From Salinivirgaceae bacterium (GTDB lineage: Bacteria > Bacteroidota > Bacteroidia > Bacteroidales > SZUA-534): DNA of 64,000 nucleotides. The translations under genes and the position numbers were made by a program. Shown in pieces: positions 53,701-62,982 of the stretch. Within the stretch, counting starts at the first letter, position 1. Each line of letters opens with the position of its first letter. The notes under the pieces were generated by a model, which was given only the letters and a program-made list of their open reading frames with translations, was not told the origin of the DNA and searched no databases. The stretch spans positions 2,128 through 66,127 of the forward strand of contig JAKSOL010000010.1 in assembly GCA_024405635.1 (NCBI GenBank). Reading direction: 5' to 3'.

Positions 53701-55491
53701 GCGTTTCACAAGGATTTGACCTTTGCTGGGATAAAAAATAACGTTTTGGCTATCGGACACGTTAACCATAGGAACACCACGAATGGCCAAGTCCATATTC
53801 AAAAGATTTAGTTCGGCATTGTTTATGCCTGAGCCTGTTTCCGATTCAAGTTTAATCAAGTCGTAGTCGCGTTTTCCAACCACACAATCGAGATATCGGT
53901 ACAATTTTGGAAGAACAACAACCCAATCGGTTTCGGTATTCAGTTCTACTATCTTATTATAAGCCAACTGAATAAGCAAACGTTTGGTGGTTGTCATGCC
54001 CATTTTTATATATTTAGCAAAGTCTTCAACATAAAACTCTTTGCTTCCAAAACGCTGAACAAACGACCTCAACATTAAATATGGGTGAGTTTCTTCCAAT
54101 CCTTGAGCCTCGTAATAACGTTGAGCACTGAAATAGTTTTGCGACTCAAAGTTTGCGTAGTTGATGGTACTACCAATGGTATTACCCATAAAAATTTTGT
54201 CATCGTCCATTTGCCAAGTAAGCAACGAAAAGTCGAGCTCCATTTTGTGGTACGAGTCAACATACGGACTTCGCGACATGTTTTCGGGGCTATTATCGCG
54301 CAACAATTCAATGGTTCGAGTATCGTTGTTGTACTTAAACTCCAAACCTGGGTGAAAAATTGAATCGTCTTCAATGTATATTGATGTTTTGGCGTTGAGC
54401 GAACGGGCACGATCTGATTTAAAGCTAAAGTGCTTACCTTCAATGTACATCACCTTGCGCTTGCCAGTTACTGTTTCACCCTTTTCGTTTGCATAAAGGT
54501 ACTCGCGATAGAATGTCAGTTTTGCAGGATTATCAGCGGTTCCAGCACCCGAAACCTTTGAACCACTAGCTATAAAACCGCCTTGAAAATCAATATCGGT
54601 ATATAGGTTTTTAATTTTCAGTTGTTGGTCGTCCGATTGAAATTTAGGATAGTTGCCTTTATATGAGTTTTCAACCACTTTATCGGTTATTGTACCAATA
54701 ATGGCGTCTGAGAAATATGGCAAGTTGTAGTAGTACACGTTTTTCATGGTGTACGACTGGTGGGCAAGGTTAATTGTGTATTGGTCAACCTCGGCCCAAG
54801 TTGAGTCGCGCGACAAACCTACGCGTTCCCAAAACACCATACCCGAGTTGCCATACCACATGTTTGATATTGGGTTAAAGTAGCCCGATGTGTTATAAAT
54901 TGTCAAACTATCGTTGCGTACTTTGCAATGAAGGTCAAGGTTGTCGTAGTAGTAACATGTTGTGTCGCCCAACGACATAATTTGGAAACTACTGTTGCTA
55001 CCATACCAACGCATTCCGTATGACGAATAAATGGCGTTTTCTTTCAACATTCGCACAATACTGCTATTGTACTTGTCCATATCGCTCAATTTTGACTTTT
55101 TATTGTTGAGCATGCGAATCAAGCCATCTTGCCACGAATCGTAACTATATTCTGATATTTCGACAGTGTTTACAGCCTCAAGAGCAAGCAAATAGTTGTA
55201 TATATTTGGATATGCGCGGCCTTTGCGAGTCAAGTATTGGTTGCAAATTTCGTAAACCTTTTGGCGTCGTTCGGGAGTAAAAATTTCGTCGTTGTACCAA
55301 ATTGGGTTCAACATAGCCACAATTTCCTTGCCCTTTGGTGCGCTTACATCGTTTTGCGAGAACAAATCTTGAAGGTCTTTGATAAACGCTTTTGGTTCGG
55401 GAGTGAGCGTACGTACTGGTTTTTGTGCCAACGCAACCATTGGCAACAAAAGTAAGGTTATGATAAATAGTTTTAGTTTATTCATTTTCAA
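50758..55491 (-). CDS. Very large secreted protein of unknown function (1577 aa)
   Basis: A single uninterrupted ORF with a signal peptide (MKMNKLKLFIITLLLLPMVALAQ). The body is aromatic-rich and beta-like. The C-terminal tail is acidic, then poly-Lys (..LDSIRLDSIRTDSL..DKGKKKKK). Its start abuts the prmA stop. Confidence 0.7.
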   Translation of the reverse strand: MKMNKLKLFIITLLLLPMVALAQKPVRTLTPEPKAFIKDLQDLFSQNDVSAPKGKEIVAMLNPIWYNDEIFTPERRQKVYEICNQYLTRKGRAYPNIYNYLLALEAVNTVEISEYSYDSWQDGLIRMLNNKKSKLSDMDKYNSSIVRMLKENAIYSSYGMRWYGSNSSFQIMSLGDTTCYYYDNLDLHCKVRNDSLTIYNTSGYFNPISNMWYGNSGMVFWERVGLSRDSTWAEVDQYTINLAHQSYTMKNVYYYNLPYFSDAIIGTITDKVVENSYKGNYPKFQSDDQQLKIKNLYTDIDFQGGFIASGSKVSGAGTADNPAKLTFYREYLYANEKGETVTGKRKVMYIEGKHFSFKSDRARSLNAKTSIYIEDDSIFHPGLEFKYNNDTRTIELLRDNSPENMSRSPYVDSYHKMELDFSLLTWQMDDDKIFMGNTIGSTINYANFESQNYFSAQRYYEAQGLEETHPYLMLRSFVQRFGSKEFYVEDFAKYIKMGMTTTKRLLIQLAYNKIVELNTETDWVVVLPKLYRYLDCVVGKRDYDLIKLESETGSGINNAELNLLNMDLAIRGVPMVNVSDSQNVIFYPSKGQILVKRDMNFDFGGRIEAGLFTFYGTDFHFNYDDFMVELSHVDSLKVKVKTGTNAKGERMLANVQNSIENITGKLKIDDPGNKSGVKRYLQYPIFASEKDSYVYYDAPHIADGKYIRDNFYFQVYPYTIDSLNHFSTEALGYDGELHSADIFPVFKQRLSVQDDFSFGFVEHAPQGYSAYKGKGTYYNDIYMSNKGLRGNGEVKYQLADIKSDDFLFFPDSANAITTSMTIDNKPGIHTNVAATQAYIHWEPYNDVLDIKSLGAPLALFKGECELKGHVFYGTNSITAKGTATQFDGAITSNLFKMRHTDYSCDTASLQIKSYRPENLAVSTKNLKAHVDFASGKATFKSNSGTERVDFPENLYLAWVENFSWMMRKKQMQFASSKEVDRTRSSSNIDRNTGSLFVSTHKGQDSLYWVSPLLDFSLTDNIMSAHKVNYVPIADARIYPDQGEMTIEPMAKIRKLKKAKIDADTLHNYHHLVNANVDIETRHKYYGNGDYTYTQNNGEVEYIAFDPIKVDTAGQTIGEGRIKSIDDFTLSPAFKYQGKVNMKSQNPLLDYTGATAIVHNCDIPKTWVNFHAEIDPKDVFVPIDSQPMSINNAFLTSGAMMGMDSVYLYPAFLSPRRWYSNRHITHTQGYLHYNRYGDFYEIGSRERITYNDSLGNYMRLNKKACTITTDGSIDLVANLGRVKAVAKGKTTYDIAFDQYSMDILMTLDFYLPQECFKVIADTILADKNRKNISLISSVYTKGVRELMGSGRAQKMFTEQNIFGKLNQIPEEMNKAMVLSEMRMVWNKKTRSWQSVGEIGLVNLGGYQINRRVKFVIEIDRKRSADALNIYMELNPDLWYFFSYKRGLMQAYSCDQKFNSVITSIKGNARRLPAIRGQMAYSFFLSNKKKKDDFLKRIDLNIEAPEGDGDIDDEVFVDEDGNVLQASDSVSAFDELDQLQLDSIRLDSIRTDSLMKIEAPADAPVDAVPQEDKGKKKKK

Positions 55492-56328
55492 CTATTTAGA
55501 ACAAAACAGAGCACTTACCCACTCGTTTTGGTTTATTACTTTTTCGAGTTTCAAGCCTAGTTGTTCAGCTCGTTGGTTAAGTATCTCAACATCAGACTGA
55601 TAAAAACCGCTCAAACAAACCAAAGCTCCTGCATTTAACTTTGATGCATAAACCGGCAACTGTTCAAGCAAAATATTGCGGTTAATGTTTGCCAAAATCA
55701 CATCAAAACTGCCACTTATAGCCTCGCTACCACCAAGTTTTACTTCGATTTTTGAAGCACCATTTGTTGCAACATTTTCAATGGCATTTTTATACGACCA
55801 TTCGTCAATGTCGATAGCTGTAACTTGTGCAGCGCCAAGTTTTTCGGCTGCAATAGCAAGTACACCAGTTCCGCAACCCATGTCAAGCACTTTTTTGCCA
55901 CACAAGTCCATACCCAACATTTGAGTAATCATTAAGCATGTGGTGGCATGATGTCCTGTACCAAACGACATTTTGGGGTCAATAACAATGTCGATGTCAA
56001 AGTTTGTATCGGGTTGGTGAAAAGGTGCACGAATTCGGCAACGATTTGCTATACAAATTGGAGTAAAATCGGCCTCCCACTTAGCATTCCAATCAACGTC
56101 GGGCATTTGGTTTGCTGCTATTTCTAATTTATCAAGCATTGCCTTAACCGGTTCAACTGCCGACTCAATTTCTTCAATATTAAAAACAGCGGTGGGAATA
56201 TAAGCTAACACGCCTGATTTTGTATCCATAAAACTATCGCATTGTGTTTCAGACAACAACGCAGTTATTATCTCTTTATTTTCGGCCGATGCTGGCTCAA
56301 TATCAATCTTTATTTCGGTGTATTGCAT
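55492..56328 (-). CDS. prmA: Ribosomal protein L11 methyltransferase
   Basis: Motifs seen: PKMSFGTGHHATT and VLDMGCGTGVLAIAA. Confidence 0.9.
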   Translation of the reverse strand: MQYTEIKIDIEPASAENKEIITALLSETQCDSFMDTKSGVLAYIPTAVFNIEEIESAVEPVKAMLDKLEIAANQMPDVDWNAKWEADFTPICIANRCRIRAPFHQPDTNFDIDIVIDPKMSFGTGHHATTCLMITQMLGMDLCGKKVLDMGCGTGVLAIAAEKLGAAQVTAIDIDEWSYKNAIENVATNGASKIEVKLGGSEAISGSFDVILANINRNILLEQLPVYASKLNAGALVCLSGFYQSDVEILNQRAEQLGLKLEKVINQNEWVSALFCSK

Positions 56329-56344
56329 GTCAAAATGTTTGAAG

Positions 56345-56352
56345 CAAAATTA
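56345..56352 (-). promoter_or_regulatory. Bacteroidota-type -7 promoter box (TAATTTTG)
   Basis: Exact TAnnTTTG match on the minus strand, 17 nt upstream of the prmA ATG at 56328. Confidence 0.45.
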
Positions 56353-56457
56353 AGCACAAAGTTAACCTTATTGCAAAAGAGAAACCTACTGCAAATAGTT
56401 GGCGTTTACACAATTTGTCAACAAGAAATATACCTACATATCAGAATGTGGGTTTAC

Positions 56458-56494
56458 AAAAAAAAAAGCCCCACATTCATAACGAATGCAGGGC
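56458..56494 (-). terminator. Probable rho-independent terminator of the etfBA-acd operon
   Basis: An imperfect hairpin (gccc/gggc plus cattc/gaatg, with an internal 2x2 loop) is followed on the minus strand by T10. Confidence 0.5.
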
Positions 56495-56520
56495 CATAAT
56501 TGTATTAACCTAATTACAAT

Positions 56521-58230
56521 CTATGCTTTGTAAAGATTGATTTCGTCAAGATTTGAGTTTTTGATAAATGCTGCACGTTGAGCGTTTTGTGCACGTGTGA
56601 ATTTAACAAATACCTCAACCGATTTGTCGAACAAGTTGCAGTTGTTTGCATCGCGCAACAACAAGTACGACATAATGGTGTAACCTGCCATTTCAACCAT
56701 ACGGCGAGCATGCAACTCAATGTACTCGGTCGATTCTTTTTCAACAACCTCTTTAACGGTTTCTTCGTACTCGTTGGTAATGTTGATAAGAATGTTGCGC
56801 AATGGTTGCAATTCTGCTTTTACGCTTGCTGTTTCAGCCTCAAGGTTACGAATCATTTCCAAATAGAAACCTGTTGTTACATAGCGAGTTGCAGCAACTA
56901 CTTGCAATTGAGTTGTACCTTCGTAGATGCTGGTGATACGAGCATCGCGATACAAGCGTTCGCAAGTGTAGTCTTTCATAAAGCCCGAACCGCCGTGAAC
57001 TTGAATACAATCGTAAGCGTTTTGGTTAGCAAACTCGCTGCCCAAACCTTTTGAAAGTGGGGTTAAAGCGTCGGCCATTTTTGAGTATTTTTTACCCTCA
57101 GCGCGCTCCTCTGGAGTCAATTTGCGTTCTTTTGAAATATCGTCAAGAGATTTGTAAATATCAACGTAACGAGCTGTTTCGTAAATAATTGCACGAGCAG
57201 CATCAAGTTTTGCTTTCATAGTTACAAGCATCTCAGACACTGCCGAGAACTCAATGATTGATTTACCAAATTGCTTGCGGTCGTTTGCATAAGCAAGAGC
57301 CTCGTTGTATGCTGCTTGTGAAATACCTGCCGATTGAACTGCGATGCCCAAACGTGCGCTATTCATCAAAGCCATAACGTATTTAATAAGACCAAGTTTA
57401 CGCTCGCCACAAAGTTCTGCTTTAGCGTTTTTGTAAACGATTTCGCAAGTTGGAGAACCTTTAATACCAAGTTTATTCTCAATGCGACGAACATTTACAC
57501 CACCGTTGCGTTTGTCGTAAATAAACATTGAAAGACCACGACCGTCGTGAGTTCCCTCTTCAGAACGAGCCAAAACCAAGTGAATGTCGGCATCACCATT
57601 GGTAATGAAACGTTTTACACCGTTAAGGTACCAGCAGTTGTCTTTTTCGCTGTAGGTTGCTTTTAGCATAACCGATTGCAAGTCAGAACCTGCATCTGGC
57701 TCGGTAAGGTCCATTGACATTGTTTCGCCGTTGCAAACGCGTGAGATAAAGCGTTGGCGTTGGTCTTCGTTACCAAACTCGTAAAGAGTCTCGGCGCAGT
57801 CTTGCAAGCCCCAAAGGTTTTCAAAACCAGCATCGGCGCTGCTCACCATGTCGGCAGCCATAATGTAAGGAACGGTAGGAAGGTTTAGTCCGCCAAAGCG
57901 ACGAGGCATTGACATTCCCATCAAGCCAGCCTTGCGGGTAATATCAAGGTTTTCAACAGTTCCCGATGCATAACGCACGCGGTTGTTTTCGCAAACTGGA
58001 CCTTCGTGGTCAACTCCTTCAGCGTTTGGAGCTATTGTTTCGGCGCAAATTTCGCCAACAATTTCCATAACACGATTGTAGTTGTCCATTGCATCTTCAA
58101 AGTCGGTTGGTGCATAGTCATATTCCTTTGCATCAGCAAAATTTCTCTCTTTCAGTTCCACAATGCGACGCATAAGTGGATTGTTCAAGTGAAATTTTAG
58201 TTCTGGGGTATCGTTATAATAATTTGCCAT
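56521..58230 (-). CDS. Acyl-CoA dehydrogenase, long form (569 aa, C-terminal extension)
   Basis: It has the ACAD core (TEPDAGSDL, ITNGD, YDCIQVHGGSGF, IYEGTTQLQ) plus about 120 extra C-terminal residues. Confidence 0.88.
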   Translation of the reverse strand: MANYYNDTPELKFHLNNPLMRRIVELKERNFADAKEYDYAPTDFEDAMDNYNRVMEIVGEICAETIAPNAEGVDHEGPVCENNRVRYASGTVENLDITRKAGLMGMSMPRRFGGLNLPTVPYIMAADMVSSADAGFENLWGLQDCAETLYEFGNEDQRQRFISRVCNGETMSMDLTEPDAGSDLQSVMLKATYSEKDNCWYLNGVKRFITNGDADIHLVLARSEEGTHDGRGLSMFIYDKRNGGVNVRRIENKLGIKGSPTCEIVYKNAKAELCGERKLGLIKYVMALMNSARLGIAVQSAGISQAAYNEALAYANDRKQFGKSIIEFSAVSEMLVTMKAKLDAARAIIYETARYVDIYKSLDDISKERKLTPEERAEGKKYSKMADALTPLSKGLGSEFANQNAYDCIQVHGGSGFMKDYTCERLYRDARITSIYEGTTQLQVVAATRYVTTGFYLEMIRNLEAETASVKAELQPLRNILINITNEYEETVKEVVEKESTEYIELHARRMVEMAGYTIMSYLLLRDANNCNLFDKSVEVFVKFTRAQNAQRAAFIKNSNLDEINLYKA

Positions 58231-58253
58231 TGTAATATCTTTTTAAGTGATTG

Positions 58254-59273
58254 TTACTTAGAGTTTTGCTTGTAGTATTTAATCATTTTTGGCAACACAT
58301 CTTCAACGTTGCCCACAATCACATAGTCGGCAATTTTGTTGATTGGAGCCTCAGGATCGTTGTTGATTGAAATAATCATGCTCGACTCTTGCATGCCTGC
58401 AATGTGCTGAATTTGGCCCGAGATGCCGCAAGCGATGTAAAGTTTAGGACGAACTGTAACACCAGTTTGACCAATTTGGCGTTCGTGCTCAACAAAGCCA
58501 GCATCAACTGCGGCACGTGATGCACCAACTTCGGCGCTAATGGCGTTTGCCAAATCGAACAATAGTTGGAAGTTTTCTTTTGAACCTACACCGTATCCAC
58601 CTGCCACAATGATTGGCGAGTTTTTGATATTGATTTTTGATTTTTCGATGTGGCGCTCAATGATGCTCACAACAAAATCTTCGGCCTTAACATATTTGTT
58701 TACATCAAGATTAACGATTTCGCCTTTGTGGTTTGCGTCAAAAATTTCTTTACGCATAACTCCCTCGCGTACTGTTGCCATTTGTGGACGGCACTCAGGG
58801 TTTACGATTGTTGCAATGATGTTACCACCAAATGCTGGACGAATTTGATATAGAAGGTTTTGATATTCTTTTCCGCTTTTTGCATCGGTGTGAGGGCCAA
58901 TTTCAAGGTTGGTACAATCGGCAGTCAAACCGCTATGTAAAGCCGACGAAACGCGTGGACCAAGGTCGCGGCCAACGGTTGTAGCTCCCATAAAGGCAAT
59001 TTGTGGTTGTTGCTCTTGGAAAAGTTTGATAACGATTGATGAGTGTGGCAATGTTTGGTAGTGCTCAAGGCGAGCGTCGTCGGCCAAATAAACCACATCG
59101 GCTCCGTAAGGGAATACTTGCGATGGTGCGTTTTTAAGATCTTTACCAATAATTAAAGCCTCAAGCTTGCAGCCAAGTTGGTTTGCCAACGAACGGCCTT
59201 TTGTAAGCAATTCAAGGCTAACGTCGGCTACTTTGCCGTCTTCAAATTCGCAGTAAACTATAATGTTGTTCAT
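58254..59273 (-). CDS. etfA: Electron transfer flavoprotein alpha subunit
   Basis: The C-terminal FAD-binding region reads GQTGVTVRPKLYIACGISGQIQHIAGM. Confidence 0.9.
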   Translation of the reverse strand: MNNIIVYCEFEDGKVADVSLELLTKGRSLANQLGCKLEALIIGKDLKNAPSQVFPYGADVVYLADDARLEHYQTLPHSSIVIKLFQEQQPQIAFMGATTVGRDLGPRVSSALHSGLTADCTNLEIGPHTDAKSGKEYQNLLYQIRPAFGGNIIATIVNPECRPQMATVREGVMRKEIFDANHKGEIVNLDVNKYVKAEDFVVSIIERHIEKSKINIKNSPIIVAGGYGVGSKENFQLLFDLANAISAEVGASRAAVDAGFVEHERQIGQTGVTVRPKLYIACGISGQIQHIAGMQESSMIISINNDPEAPINKIADYVIVGNVEDVLPKMIKYYKQNSK

Positions 59274-59301
59274 ATTTCTTACTATTTGATTTGTGAGTTA
59301 A

Positions 59302-60174
59302 TTAGCCAATTGTGTGATTGCTTATCAATTCTTGCATCAGGTCGTTAATTTCGTTGTCGGTATCGCCCAACACTTTCGACTCTTTGGCTTGGAATACAAT
59401 GTTCATAACGTTTTTAACCTTGGTAGGCGAACCCGACATACCAAGTTGCTCGGCCTCGCAAGTAATATTTGCAACGCCCCACTCTTTAATATCAAGATAA
59501 GGACGACCTTCAGCAACTTCAGCCAATTTTGGGTTAGCTGTGCGCTCGCTTGGTGTTGCAGCGTTTTTGAACTTCATAACGCGTTTTGCGTTACGAGGGC
59601 GGCAAGGTGCAGCCGAACCGTTTACGGTTATTAGCAATGGCATTGCGCCTGCAACAACTTCGGTTCCGTGCTCCAAACGACGTTTTACTGTTATTGTTCT
59701 TTCGTCAATCTTAACCACCTCTTCAGCGTAGGTAATTTGAGGAATGCCTAGTTTTTCAGCCACTTGAGGACCAACTTGAGCGGTATCACCGTCAATAGCT
59801 TGACGACCACCAATAATAAGATCGAACTCGCCAATGCTGCGAATTGCACACGACAAAGCGTATGATGTTGCCAAGGTGTCGGCACCTGCAAATGCACGAT
59901 CGGTAAGCAAAACACCACCATCGGCACCACGGAACATTCCTTCGCGCAAAATTTCAGAAGCACGACCAGGACCCATGGTCAACATTGTGATTTCGGTTCC
60001 TGGAACTTGCTCTTTGATGCGTAATGCTTGCTCAAGAGCGTTCAAATCTTCGGGGTTGAAAATAGCTGGCAGAGCCGCACGGTTCACGGTTCCAGCCTCG
60101 GTCATAGCGTCTTTGCCAACGTTGCGAGTATCTGGTACTTGCTTGGCAAGAACGATTATTTTTAATCCTTTCAT
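59302..60174 (-). CDS. etfB: Electron transfer flavoprotein beta subunit (bifurcating-type motif)
   Basis: It starts MKGLKIIVLAKQVPD. The motif DGDTAQVGP lies at nt 59767-59793. The ATG at 60174 is preferred over the 25-codon extension. Confidence 0.9.
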   Translation of the reverse strand: MKGLKIIVLAKQVPDTRNVGKDAMTEAGTVNRAALPAIFNPEDLNALEQALRIKEQVPGTEITMLTMGPGRASEILREGMFRGADGGVLLTDRAFAGADTLATSYALSCAIRSIGEFDLIIGGRQAIDGDTAQVGPQVAEKLGIPQITYAEEVVKIDERTITVKRRLEHGTEVVAGAMPLLITVNGSAAPCRPRNAKRVMKFKNAATPSERTANPKLAEVAEGRPYLDIKEWGVANITCEAEQLGMSGSPTKVKNVMNIVFQAKESKVLGDTDNEINDLMQELISNHTIG

Positions 60175-60247
60175 ATAGTATATTTTGAGGTAAAATTGTG
60201 TTTTCGACTTTGAGTTAAACAAAGATTGTGCCAATGTTATTCCTATC

Positions 60248-60284
60248 AAAAAAAAATCCTAACAACCATTGTGGATGTTAGGAT
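60248..60284 (-). terminator. Rho-independent terminator downstream of the aminotransferase gene
   Basis: A 9-bp stem (atcctaaca/tgttaggat) is followed on the minus strand by T9. Confidence 0.75.
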
Positions 60285-60305
60285 TCGTGTTCAATGTTTT
60301 GCTTT

Positions 60306-61445
60306 TTATATCAACGTTTTTAGATATTGTTCTACCCTGTCGAGTGCTATTTTGATATTTTCGAGTGAGTTTGCATACGAAAAACGAATATAGCCTTCGC
60401 CTCGGCTGCCAAAATCGACACCAGGAGTTACTCCAACGTGAGCTTTTTCAAGTATATCGAACGCAAATCGATACGAATCGGTTGTAAATCGACTTGCATC
60501 GGCAAAAATATAAAACGCACCTTGCGGCTCTGTGTGAATGGTGAATCCCATTTGACGAAGGCGATTTATCATGTATATACGGCGCTCGTTGTAAATATTG
60601 CGCATGCGGTCAACGTCGGCCGATGCTTGTGTAAGTGCCGCAATGCCAGCGCGTTGAGCTATGCTTGGCGCACAAATAAAAAGGTTTTGTTGTAGTACTT
60701 GAAGGTTGCGCATGTACTCTGGCGGTGCAATTAAATAACCTAATCGCAAGCCTGTCATTGCAAATCGTTTTGAAAAGCCGTTGAGTACAAATGCGTTTTG
60801 CGTATATTCAAGTATTGAGTGAACCTTGCCTTTGTAAACCAATCCGTGGTATATTTCGTCGGAAAGGATTGGTATGTTGAGTTCCGAAAGTTGCTGCATC
60901 ACACTGCCGCTGAGTAATGTCCCTGTTGGATTCATTGGCGAGTTGATAAAAATGGCACGTGTGCGTGGGGTTATTGCTTGCTTAACTTTTTCAACATTGA
61001 ACTGAAAGCCCGATTCGGCAGTTAAATCGACCTCAACGGGCACGCCATTGCATGCTCGTACAAAGTTGCTGTAACACGCATAACCTGGATTTGACAGAAT
61101 TACCTCGCCGCCTGCCTCGCACAGAACCATAATGGCTAATAAAATAGCTGGCGACGACCCCGATGTAACTACAATGCAATCGGGATTAACGGTAACACCA
61201 TATTCTTGATGATAAAAATTGGCAATGGCTTGGCGCAAATCGGCATCGCCTAACGAATGTGAATAATGTGTAACACCTTGTTCTACAGCACTTTTAGCTG
61301 ATTCGGCTACACATGATGGCACATCAAAGTCGGGTTCGCCCACCTCAAGGTGAATAACATCAATACCTTGCGCTTGCATTGCTTTTGCTCGCTCAAGCAC
61401 ATCCATCACTATGAACGATGTTATGTTATCAATTGCTTTATTCAT
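60306..61445 (-). CDS. PLP-dependent aminotransferase (aspartate aminotransferase family, class I)
   Basis: Motifs seen: INSPMNPTG, SDEIYHGLVY and NGFSKRFAMTGLRLGY. Confidence 0.88.
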   Translation of the reverse strand: MNKAIDNITSFIVMDVLERAKAMQAQGIDVIHLEVGEPDFDVPSCVAESAKSAVEQGVTHYSHSLGDADLRQAIANFYHQEYGVTVNPDCIVVTSGSSPAILLAIMVLCEAGGEVILSNPGYACYSNFVRACNGVPVEVDLTAESGFQFNVEKVKQAITPRTRAIFINSPMNPTGTLLSGSVMQQLSELNIPILSDEIYHGLVYKGKVHSILEYTQNAFVLNGFSKRFAMTGLRLGYLIAPPEYMRNLQVLQQNLFICAPSIAQRAGIAALTQASADVDRMRNIYNERRIYMINRLRQMGFTIHTEPQGAFYIFADASRFTTDSYRFAFDILEKAHVGVTPGVDFGSRGEGYIRFSYANSLENIKIALDRVEQYLKTLI

Positions 61446-61468
61446 AAGTAGTTATGTAGCTTGTATTG

Positions 61469-62974
61469 TTACTTATTAATATTTGTTGCTCCGCTCAATG
61501 CGTCAACATTAACTGAGGCATCGGCCTCTACTTGAATAATTTTTCCACGTACTGAATTGCGCAATTCTATTTGCGTTTTTGGCACTGGGCAAATCATAAA
61601 GTCGGAGTTATTAAAGTTTAACAGAAAGTTTTTGTAGAAATCGGGCTCTTCTTGTGGAACCACAAACGGCTTGCCAAAGTTGCCGTTTGCATCAAAGTAA
61701 GCAATAAACGGACGAGTAAAAACGCCGTCGATGCGCTTACTGCCTACTACGAGCCAATGTCCGTTGCTTGACCATGCGTGGTTACTTTCGGCAAAGTTGC
61801 TGTTTATCTGCGGTTTGGTTAGCTCTCCTGTTTCAACATCAAGCAGCGCAATGTCCGATTGTTTGTTTTGTATGGCAAAGTAGCCGCGATTTGCTAAAGT
61901 TAATGCCACATAGCGGCCATTGGTTGGGCAAACCTTTGGGAATGAAATACTTGCACCAACTTGCGATGAACGCAAAACTGTATCAACGCTTCCCCACGAA
62001 TTGTCGTCAACATTGTAGGTTATGCGGCAAAGGTCGTACAAGTCTTCGGCTTGCGGATTTTGCATTGGATAGGTGTCGCGTTTTTTACGAGTGATGTAGT
62101 AAAGTGTTTTTCCATCGGGAGCCCATGCTGGTAGGTTTTCGAGGTCGGGAGTTGAAAGTCTGGGACAAGTGGTAAGAGTGTTGGTTTTCATGTTAAGCAA
62201 CACAATATCTGAAGCGCGGTCGCTTACAAAAATGCGGTCATCGCCACCGCTTGTAAATTGCTGACTAATGGCATTGGTTGACATGGCAAGCAAGTATCCA
62301 TTAGGATTCCACGACGAGTAAACTCCAGCCGACATTGATATTGGAGTTTTAGTGTTGTAGCGTTGCACTTTTCCGTTGTATATAATATTGGTACCGCCGT
62401 TGTGCATGCGCGTGTGAAACATCATTGTGTTTGGATTGTTGTTGCAAAAGGTGTGGCAATTGATGCACGCACGGTTAACCGACTGACTTTCGATGATTGG
62501 CGATTGTTCAAAATTTTCGAGACAACGTTGGTAAAGCCCCATTTTTTCCCAAAGCACATAGCCTGTGTTTATTAGTCGGTATGCCAAATACGAGTCAACG
62601 CTATCGGGTACAACATGCTGAACAATAGGTTGATATTGCGAATAACTACCATCAGCATTTTGCACTGCAATGGTTATGCTTATTGTTTTTCCGTTTTTCA
62701 GTTTTTCCCACACTTTGGCTGGCCACAACACTTTTCCTTGACAATTTTTTAGCACATACGAAAATCCGTTGTCGTTTTTTGCCTCAACAACAATTGGCAA
62801 AACAGTGTCGGCCAACATAAAATTTAGTGGCGCAATGTTACACGGAATGGTAACGCTGACATAATCAGGGAATATATTTGGCTGAGCATCAATCGGTTTG
62901 CAATTTGTAGGCATTTGTACTTTTCCGCAAGCCGACAATGCTGCCACCACCATCAGTAATATTATCTTTCTCAT
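61469..62974 (-). CDS. Lipoprotein with one CXXCH motif and a beta-propeller-like C-terminal half
   Basis: The lipobox is VVAALSAC. The motif ACINCHTF encodes CINCH at nt 62453-62467. The C-terminal half has repeats suggestive of TolB/PD40-like blades (APDGKTLYY, SSNGHWLV). Confidence 0.6.
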   Translation of the reverse strand: MRKIILLMVVAALSACGKVQMPTNCKPIDAQPNIFPDYVSVTIPCNIAPLNFMLADTVLPIVVEAKNDNGFSYVLKNCQGKVLWPAKVWEKLKNGKTISITIAVQNADGSYSQYQPIVQHVVPDSVDSYLAYRLINTGYVLWEKMGLYQRCLENFEQSPIIESQSVNRACINCHTFCNNNPNTMMFHTRMHNGGTNIIYNGKVQRYNTKTPISMSAGVYSSWNPNGYLLAMSTNAISQQFTSGGDDRIFVSDRASDIVLLNMKTNTLTTCPRLSTPDLENLPAWAPDGKTLYYITRKKRDTYPMQNPQAEDLYDLCRITYNVDDNSWGSVDTVLRSSQVGASISFPKVCPTNGRYVALTLANRGYFAIQNKQSDIALLDVETGELTKPQINSNFAESNHAWSSNGHWLVVGSKRIDGVFTRPFIAYFDANGNFGKPFVVPQEEPDFYKNFLLNFNNSDFMICPVPKTQIELRNSVRGKIIQVEADASVNVDALSGATNINK

Positions 62975-62982
62975 AATTTGCT

